Assembly: GCF_964194025.1 (NCBI RefSeq)
Contig: NC_134472.1
Location: 69,316,001 to 69,380,000, forward strand
Reading direction: 5' to 3'
Source of the DNA: Convolutriloba macropyga
Lineage: Eukaryota
Length of the DNA: 64,000 nucleotides
Shown one piece after another: positions 51,105 through 61,032 of this stretch. Below the pieces are notes generated by a model that saw nothing but the letters and a program-made list of their open reading frames with translations, was not told the origin of the DNA and searched no databases. The translations under genes and the position numbers were made by a program. Every line of letters begins with the position of its first letter. The first letter of the stretch is position 1.

Positions 51105-54100
51105 TGTAAAACACATTCAAGATGCAGAAATTTCTTTTTAAAAAACGAAAACTAAATTAAGAAATGCCCCTCCCCAACACGGTGAATATTGGCTGGCCCG
51201 CGGCCCTCACAGCACTAAGTCTTCATAAAGCATTTCGTATTGTTCAAACCTGTCAATAAAATGATAATATTATACACTAACATCAGCTGAGAAAATATAA
51301 AACAAAGACAGACAACAGATATCTTATAAGACAAAAGATGCAGAAATGGCAATTCAGCACAAATATCACGAACAGATCAAAAAGCTGAAATACAAACAAC
51401 GCATCCATGATGTACAAAAAACTACATTTAAACCGTTAGTTTTCCTGCACTTGAGAAGCAGGACCTTCACAATTAAGCGAATAATAAATCTAAAAATAAA
51501 TCTATTCTTCCCACCTCAAGCGCAATGAAATACAACAATAAAAAATGTAAAGATGATGCAGAAAACAGGTTCTTTAGGCACTTCTTGCAAGCGTTTTCCT
51601 AAAAAAGTATTATAATTAATATTAATCGAGAAATTGTCAAAGAGATTGATAACAATTTTGAAATTAACCAACTCAAAACTTAGTTTTATAAAAACTTGAA
51701 ACTAATAAAGCTTGTTGCCCAGAAATAATAGGTTATCTGGTGCTAAAAAATTTACCGGCCCTGTCAAAATCCTTTTTGATGAATTTCACGGCAGCGCTCT
51801 CAAAAGTTCAAGTTTCTTTAAGGATGAAGAAAGAGCAGAAGTAAAACTGTTGTCCTATAAGCCCACTGTGAAACGTTTTCGGACTCTGAGTTCGTCGTCA
51901 GGTTCTTAAGGCTAAACAATGCTTAATAGAAAAGTTTTTGCTGCTTCTATTAGCTGCTCTCAAATAACCTTCATTTAGAGGGACACACACCCATTTGACC
52001 TTATCTCTTTGAATTAAAGTAAATAAAAGTCTATTTCAATCGCGACGACGAAATAAAAAACCAAGAGAAGGCCAATAATAGCGCCAGCTATCGCTGTGCG
52101 GCTATTAATCAACAACAAAAAAGCTTTGTCGAAGATCAAACGGAAATTGATCGGAAACTTTTCAAGGTTGAAAATTCTGACCTGCAAATATCCTTGTGGT
52201 CGAACCGAAAACGATCGATCCCGAGACAATGAAATACAACAATAGGAAATTGAAAAATAATGTAGAAAACAGGTTTTCTAGCCATTTCTTGCAAGCGTTT
52301 TTCTAAAAAAAAATAAAGAAATTAATTTTAATAGAGAATTTATCAAAGAGATTGATAACAATTTGAAATTAACCGACTCAAAACTTTAAACTAATGAAAA
52401 TTATTGCCCAGAAATAATAGGTTATCTGGTGCTAAAAAATTTCCCGGCCCTGTCAAAATCCTTTTTGATGAATTTCACGGCAGCGCTCTCAGAAGCTCAA
52501 TTACCTTTAAGGATGAAGAAAGTGCAGAAGTAAAACTGTTCAGTCATAAAAGCCCACTGTGAAATGTAAATAAAACACATTCAAGATTCAGAAATTTCTT
52601 TTAAAAAACGAAAACTAAATTAAGAAATGCCCCTCCCCAACACGGTGAATATTGGCTGGCCCGCGGCCCTCACAGCACTAAGTCTTCATAAAGCATTTCG
52701 TATTGTTCAAACCTGTCAATAAAATGATAATATTATACACTAACATCAGCTGAGGAAATGTAAAACAAAGACAGACAACAGATATCTTATAAGACAAAAG
52801 ATGCAGAAATAGCAATTCAGCACAAATATCACGAACAGATCAAAAAGTTGAAATACAAACAACGCATCCATGATGTACAAAAAACTACATTTAAACCGTT
52901 AGTTTTCCTGCATTTGAGAAGCAGGACCTTCACAATTAAGCGAATAATAAATCTAAAATTAAATCTATTCTTCCCACCTCAAGCGCAAGTGTTTTTTTAA
53001 ATAATAACATTCTATAACATAATTGGTAAATTGGTTCAGAATTGTGAAACATTAGAGCAAATGTGAGGAAATACTGGCAAACAATAAAAACAAGGAACAC
53101 AGAAAATCAAATGGTTCTGAACCTGAGAAAAAATGCAGAGCATTAGTTGTCAAAGACTACTTGCCCGAAAATCTCTAAAAGGGGCATTCTGAAAGCAGTC
53201 ACCAACTAGAAGGATCTTGGAGCCCTCATGTCAAAATACATGTCACTGAACAAAAATTGCTCACGAAGAACCAATCAAGCCGAAGTTTCGAAAGTCAATT
53301 CTTCAAAACTACTAAACCTGAAGAAAAAAAATTAACAACAAAAAAACTTTGTCGAAGTTCAAACTGAAATTGAACGGAAACTTTTCGAGGCCGAAACATC
53401 AAAAATAATTGTGACCAGCAAAAAAAATTGCAGTTGATACGAAAACAATCGATCCCGAGACAATGAAATACAACAATAAAAAATGTAAAGATGATGCCGA
53501 AAACAGTTTCTCTTCTTGCGCGCGTTTTCATGAAAAAAAATATTAAAATTAGTATTAATCGAGAAATTGTCGAAGAGATTGACAACAATTTGAAATTAAC
53601 CAACTCAAAACCTACAGTTTGATAAAAACTTGGAACTAATAAATGTTGTTGCCCAAAAATAATTGGTTATCTGGTGCTAAAAAATTTACCGGCCCTGTCA
53701 AAATCCTTTTTGATGAATTTCACGGCAGCGCTCTCAAAAATTCAATTTTCTTTAGGGATGAAGAAAGAGCAGAAGTAAAACTGTTCAGTCATATAAGCCC
53801 AATGTGAAACGTTTTTGGACTCTGAGTTCATCGTCAGGTTCTTAAGGCTAATCAATGCTTAATAGAAAAGTTTTTGCTGCCTCTATTAGCTGCTGTCAAT
53901 TAACCCTCAGTTAGAGGGACACACACCCATTTGACTTTATCTCTTTGAATTAAAGTAAATAAAACTCTATGTCAAAGTGAGGAAGTCTTTTTTGAGAGTG
54001 AGGTAAGTCAAATTGTGCCCAAAATTTTAATCAAGCGAATGAACAACAAAACTCGCTCTACTTAGAGCGAAAAATGACGTCACACATCCACTTCAGTTGA

Positions 54101-55320
54101 AATTGCATGAACGAATGAACAAAAGGCAGATTTGAAGTGGTCATATGATTGTAACAAAAATCTAGACGACGAAATAAAAAACCAAGAGCAGGCCAATAAT
54201 AGCCCCAGCTATCGCTGTGCGGCTAATAATCAACAACAAAAAAGCTTTGTCGAAGATCAAACTGAAATTGAACGGAAACTCTTCGAGGTCGAAATTTCTG
54301 ACCTGCAAATATACTTGCGGTTGATCCGAAAACAATCAATCCCGAAACAATGAAATAGAACACTAAAAAATATAAAGATGATGCAGAAAACAGGTTCTCT
54401 AGGGACTTCTTGCGAGCTTTTTCCTGAAAAAAAAATTTAAAATTAATATTAATGGAGAAATTGTCAAAGAGATTGATATCAATTTGAAATTAACCGACTC
54501 AAAAATTTACCACAGTTTTATAAAAACTTGAAACTAGTTAATCTTGTTGCCCAGAAATAATAGGCTATCTGTTGATAAAAAATCTCCCGGCCCTGTCAAA
54601 ATCCTCTTTAATGGATTTCACAGCAGCGCCCTCAAAAGTTTATTTTTCTTTACAGATGAGGAAAGAGCAGAAGTAAAACAGTTCAATCATATAAGCCCAC
54701 TGTGAAAAGTTTTCGAGCTCTGAGTTCATCGTCAGGTTCTAAAGACTAAACAATGCTTCATAGAAAAGCAAGAAAATAAAATGCAAATCCACTCATTCAA
54801 GGAAGTTTACTACATTCATATCTACAAAATTTCACATCTGAGTTTACATTTATTTTCAACTTGATATAACAGATGCATGTCGACATGTTTTCCATTAAAA
54901 AACCACTCTTAAGTTACCAAAAACTTTAAATCTATTCTGGAATAAATCTAGAATAGACTTATAGTCTAATAAATATGAGTTCATCGTGAGGTGGGAAGAA
55001 TAAATCTATTCTTCCTACCTCAAGCACACGTGCTGTTTTCAATAGTAACATTCTAAAACATAATTGGTAAATTGGTTCAGACTTGTGAAACATTAGAGCA
55101 AATGTGAGAAAATATTGGCAGACAATAAAAACAAGGAACACAGAAAATCAAATGGTTCTGAACCTGAGAAAAAATGCAGAGCATTAGTTGTCAAAGGCGA
55201 CTTGCCCGAAAATCTCAAAAAGGGCATTCTGAAAGCAGTCACCAAATAGAAGGATCTTGGAGCCCTCATGTCAAAAAACCTGTCACTGAACAAAAATTGC
55301 TCACGAAAAACCAATCAAGC
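51105..55320. repeat. Mosaic array of duplicated modules (Penelope 3'/pLTR-derived sequence plus HINE family 3 ends)
   Basis: 51105-51527 matches 52565-52987; 52960-53280 matches 55000-55320; module GGCCCTGTCAAAATCC..GAAGTAAAAC occurs four times, with a partial copy at 56660-56790. Confidence 0.85.
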
Positions 55321-55572
55321 CATTTGAAGTCATTATACTACGTCGAGCCAAATACATCAAACAAGGCAAACCTGGGTACCGAGCTGAAGGCTTAAACCGG
55401 TTAATTGGCCCAGTTGTAAGGTAGCCTTACTGCTACAGTAACGTAGATACAGTTGTAAAGCAATGGTACAAGTTGCAATGGTAAAGCAATAATCCCAAGG
55501 GCAACTAAACGCAGGCAAGTCCTCCTGACTTGGGTTGAAAGAGAAACATCACATCTAATGAAGCCTATCGCC

Positions 55573-56660
55573 AAATTGAAACTTTTGTTTTGTAACGTGT
55601 CCTTCTTTCAAGTTGGAGTTTCATCTCCAAACTAAGCTTTCACTGTCAATTCTTGTTTTAATATCCTCCAATGGAAAGTTATTTTTATTACCGTTAAACT
55701 CAATAGCATTTTTTCCATCGGTGAGTCCGCTTTGGCGTGCTCTGCAACCCTTGTGGTAATATGTCGACATGTCTGCCCTACATAGATGGATTTGCAACAA
55801 TTACAAGTGATTCCATAAAAGACGTGGGATTTGAAAAATTTATCAGAGCTAGACTTAAGGCGAGGTAAACAGCTCTCAAGCTTCCAAATGGTGAAAATTG
55901 TATGTAAAGGATGAAATTTAGCTTCCATTACAAATTCATTTGAAATATTGCCTCTATACTGTAATACAGATTGTTGTTTCTATGTACTTTTCTGTTGTTT
56001 TATGGCTACGCCAGCGTTATATCCTTTCTTTGTTCTTGCATTCTGGTTAAATGTATCCTTGACAATTTTCCCTACCCAATGCCTAGGATTTTGTTTACGT
56101 TCCCATGTTTTTTCATTTTTTGTTAATTCTGTATGGAAGGCTTCCCAATTGCTGGTGCGTCAGAACAAACGGCGTATAGTTCCCTGTATCATGCCTCTCA
56201 TCAATTGAATGGGTGCATATCTACGATAGTTCAGAATTATTCCAATATCTGATGTATTTTGATACCATGTGCAGGACAATGAACGCTCTGGTTGTACGGT
56301 AATTGACATGTCCCGAAATGGCAAAAAGTTTTTATCATCAGTTTCTAATGTAAATTGAAGATTTGGATGGGAGTTTTTAACTGCATCTAACAGCTTTCAG
56401 CTCTAACTGTTCTCACAATATCTTCGTCATAATTTAGAAAAACTTCTGTTTCTGACGAATGATTAATATCAGTCTTATCATTTTTATGGCCGAATGAGCA
56501 CAACTGGAACTGGTTTTCCATGCTATCATATTCTGTGTTACTGCTTCGCTGACATTTTACGTGGAACCATCTATTGCGAATTTCACAATCAGCACCTCTT
56601 GAACGTGCTGTTACACGGTTTCGCAACTGCGACAGGTGCTTAATTGTTCGTTGGTTTTAC
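55573..56660 (-). mobile_element. 5'-truncated tandem copy of the Penelope-like element (PHD, RT C-terminal part, GIY-YIG)
   Basis: Near-identical to 56999-58087 (offset ~1426). Confidence 0.9.
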
Positions 56661-59430
56661 AAGTTCAAGTTTCTTTAAGGATGAAGAAAGAGCAGAAGTA
56701 AAACTGTTCAGTCATATAAGCCCACTGTGAAACGTTTTCGGACTCTGCGTTCATCGTCAGGCTCTTAATGCTAAACAATGCTTAATAGAAAAGCAAGAGA
56801 GTAAAATGCAAATCACTTAAATGCACCCATTCAAGAAATTTAAAAAAGAATCTTAACATATCTACAGTCTTGTCCACAAAATTTTACATATGAGTTTACA
56901 TGTATTTTCAATTTGAAATAGCAGATGCATATCGACTAATTTTCATTAAAAAATTATATTAAAATTACCTTAAACTTAATTCGTTTTGTTCAATTGTAAA
57001 ATTGAAACTTTTGTTTTGTAACGTGTCCTTCTTTCAAGTTGGAGTTTCATCTCCAAACTAAGCTTTCACTGTCAATTCTTGTTTTAATATCCTCCAATGG
57101 AAAGTTATTTTTATTACCGTTAAACTCAATAGCATTTTTTCCATCGGTGAGTCCGCTTTGGCGTGCTCTGCAACCCTTGTGGTAATATGTCGACATGTCT
57201 GCCCTACATAGATGGATTTGCAACAATTACAAGTGATTCCATAAAAGACGTGGGATTTGAAAAATTTATCAGAGCTAGACTTAAGGCGAGGTAAACAGCT
57301 CTCAAGCTTCCAAATGGTGAAAATTGTATGTAAAGGACGAAATTTAGCTTCCATTACAAATTCATTTGAAATATTGCCTCTATACTGTAATACAGATTGT
57401 TGTTTCTATGTACTTTTCTGTTGTTTTATGGCTACGCCAGCGTTATATCCTTTTCTTTGTTCTTGCATTCTGGTTAAATGTATCCTTGACAATTTTCCCT
57501 ACCCAATGCCTAGGATTTTGTTTACGTTCCCATGTTTTTTCATTTTTTGTTAATTCTGTATGGAAGGCTTCCCAATTGCTGGTGCCTCAGAACAAACGGC
57601 GTATAGTTCCCTGTATCATGCCTCTCATATTTTGAATGGGTGCATATCTACGATAGTTCAGAATTATTCCAATATTATATGTATTTTGATACCATGTGCA
57701 GGACAATGAACGCTCTGGTTGTACGGTAATTGACATGTCCCGAAATGGCAAAAAGTTTTTATCGTCAGTTTCTAATGTAAATTGAAGATTTGGATGGGAG
57801 TTTTTAACTGCATCTAACAGCTTTCAACTCTAACTGTTCTCACAATATCGTCGTCATAATTTAGAAAAACTTCTGTTTCTGACGAATGATTAATATCAGT
57901 CTTATCATTTTTATGGCCGAATGAGCACAACTGGAACTGGTTTTCCATGCTATCATATTCTGTGTTACTGCTTCGCTGACATTTTACGTGGAACCATCTA
58001 TTGCGAATTTCACAATCAGCACCTCTTGAACGTGCTGTTACACGGTTTCGCAACTGCGACAGGTGCTTAATTGTTCGTTGGTTTTACTTTTGGGTGTCTT
58101 TAATTTCAATTTTAGCTCCCACGATTTCATCCAAAGGTTAGCCAAAATCACTGCCAAGGACGCACCCTTTTCTAAACCGTCTTTCTGACAGTACCAACTT
58201 TGATTGCTTTTGAAATGGATATTTGTGATGGCTAATTCAAGCAAACGTTTCCCTGTTGTTCTAGGTATGTCTGGTTTATCGTCAATAGCATAAAACGTTC
58301 GCAGGGCAATGTTAATGGCTTCCTTTGCGGGAACGTTGATGTACAAATTTTTTGCATCTAATAATAGAATTTGCTACTCGTTTTCAAATTTTACTTGTTG
58401 GAGAGTTTTTCGTGCGCCATTGGTGTTAGTTTCTATGTTTGCTCCTTCAATATTTCGGAAAAAAAGTGTTAGAGACTTGTTAAGTTTTTGGTAACAACTT
58501 ACCGGCATAGAAAGAACAGGTCTCAGAGGGGTTTCTTTTTTGTGAACCTTAGCTAATCCCTACAACTTGGCAGGTTGTGCTTTGATGGACCTTAAAGTTT
58601 CGTAAACCTTAACAGTATCTTCCTTTTGTTCCTCAAACCCAAAAGTTTTTCCTTTAATTTTTTTTCTTTCATTACAATATGATCACAACCCTTTTCAAGT
58701 TTTTTAAATTGTTCGCAACCTTGTACTTTATCCAGTTTTTTTGCGTACGTGCTCTTTTTCATAACACAAAATTCATCACCCTTATCAAAAGGAACAGCAA
58801 TCAGTTGTCAGGCAGTTTTTTTGCACTTTTGCTAACGCTTTATCGTAAGGTGTTTCTCAGATGTTTATTGAGTGCCATTTTGCGGGCGCTTCAATTTCGA
58901 ACAGTTTTTCTCCTGCTACATTGTTCTCACTCATAATCCTTATCAAATTGTCTAGGTCCGCCACGAATAGCAGCTCTTTAAATTTGTTCTTTATTGGATG
59001 CTTTGGACCAAAAACGAGCAAGTCCCCGACAAATCTCGGCAAAGCGATTTTAACTAGAACCGCTACAGTTGTTTCATTAGATGATCTGTTCGGCTTGTCT
59101 TGCCTTTTCTGAAAATTTGACAAGTTTTCCTAGCAGTCTACGTTCAGAACTAACTACATGGTTGCGAACTCGGTTGCCCAAAACAAAAATTATGGAGGGC
59201 ATTAGATGGTTATCTAAATTTCTAAAGAGATTTTTTCGACTAGCAGCTCGCTTTTGGTGACATAAATCATGAGTGTCGTTTTTTGGGGAAATTTCCGAAC
59301 TTAGCAATTTTAGTTGAAAACTATGCACCGCTTGATCCGAAACAACATGTTTTTGAAACACGAAATTTTTTCGTTTTGTAACGTGTCTTTCTTTCGGATC
59401 TTTAATGGGTCCACTTCTTTCTATCATCAT
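56660..59430 (-). mobile_element. Penelope-like retroelement (RT + GIY-YIG), frameshifted, with a PHD-like insertion in the RT
   Basis: Motifs PFDKG, AKL*GLAKVHKKETPLRPVLS, YINVP, QKDGLEKGASLAVILANLWM, NYDDDI, HPNLQFTLE..LPFRD, and GIY-YIG VFYGITCNCCKSIYVGQTCRHITTRVAEH. Confidence 0.92.
56729..56762 (-). ncRNA. Hammerhead-ribozyme-like motif (other copies at 51870-51905, 53806-53840, 54704-54738)
   Basis: CTGACGA-T-GAAC(T/G)CAGAG(T/C)(C/T)C-GAAA-ACGTTTC, in the same orientation as and downstream of the PLE ORF. Stem I is poorly formed. Confidence 0.45.
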
Positions 59431-60984
59431 TGTTAATCATCTACCTCTGCCAGTATTTAAACATGATTTTTTTGTTTATAATGACACATTCAAGCGCGTT
59501 GCACTGAACAGTGAAATGAAGCAGCCTGGTTTAATAAAAATATAAAATTCTGGTTCGAAGAAAATCAAGAAATTAAATGAAAATAAAGGTTATCTCTTAA
59601 AAAACAAGCGTCAAAGCAAACCCAAGATAAACCGGAACAGCATGACATTAAATTACCGAAGCGAACAAAACAGATCTTGGCATTGCAATGGCGCTCAAGT
59701 TGAATTGGACTTTATATTTGAGAAAAGGGCTTTTTGTCACTAAAAGCGTTCTATCCCTCAAAAAGAAACATATCTAAGAATCCAAATGCAAATTTTTAGG
59801 CATACGCAAGATATGTAGATCCAATAGTTTGCAAATGCACCCCAAGCTCGTTTGGCTAATAAAAAAGATACAAAGGTTTTGAGAGAGTTCAAAAGAAAAC
59901 CTGGATTTGAACCCTTACTAACGGGGAATCGAACTACAAGAAACAACTAAGGCACTAAGGCCTAATCTACTACTACACTACTACGCGACAAGCAATGCAC
60001 CCCTCACAGACATACATGAAAGGAGTTTAAAGGATTCAGCGGAAGGCCACTAAGTGGATATGTAGAAACATGGATAACGCAAACGGCCCAAAAAACTGAT
60101 AATCTTCCTCTGTCACATTATGTGGACTAAAAAGAAATCCTTCTACTGGTATTGTTACTTCAAGGCGACTGCTACGTGTACGAAGAGAGAATACAGGAAA
60201 GTAGATTGAATTGACCCAAGACAACAGCACGAACTCGAACTTTATAAACACGGACTACAAAATTCTTACAGAAGCTTCTTTTTATGATTATTTTGCTTCG
60301 ATGAGAAAACAACGGAGAAAGCACTCACGCAGAACCGCTTATCCAACAATATTATTCAACAATATCACAATTTCTTCGTCAGAGGCTACGATAAAATGAC
60401 AGCCTTGCGCTAGAGTTTATTTCGCATTTCCGAAATTATACTTCTGTCAAGTGACAAATGAGGGCATGATAACTCTAGAATCCAAAAAAATCTCATTGCG
60501 GGCCAAGTCTGGACCCACGTGCCTTGAAAATACAAAGTGGAGAAAGAGAAACAAAATTTAGATTCAAAGGGATAGCTTCCGCTTAACCTACAATAATTGT
60601 TAATGATTTATGCAGACGAATGAATTTTTTAAATTTAATTATAACTGGGACAATTTATTTGAAGCGCAAAATCACACCATGTGCTAGTTTGTTGAATAGG
60701 GATTTCTGTGGGCTCAAATAACAAAAATTTTTCAAAAGACTTTTAATTACCTATGAACTTACACTTGAACCTTTGAGGTGAAATGAAGTGAGTTCCATTT
60801 CAACGATACAATATTTAAACATAAAAATTGAAACTGCAATAATTTTTTAAAATTTTTTAAGAATTTCCAAGTAAACTCAAACCTTTTTGAACAGCTCACA
60901 AACATTTTCAATCCATCTGATTATATGTTACCCAAAACAATAGTGATCGCTTGTCCAAACTCATATTTTTTCTGTTTTTTTCAG

Positions 60985-61032
60985 AGAACTCGCACAATTC
61001 TTCGGAGATCTCGCAAAATTCCTTTGCCAGAG
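60985..61032 (+). other. Candidate 48-nt exon of an unidentified gene
   Basis: Long polypyrimidine tract plus CAG acceptor, AG|GTAAGT donor, length divisible by 3, no stop in any frame. Confidence 0.3.

Noticed and set aside
59895-59965. B-box-like GGTTCAAATCC on the minus strand (tRNA or SINE head)
   Set aside because: No cloverleaf could be built and there is no second copy in the window.
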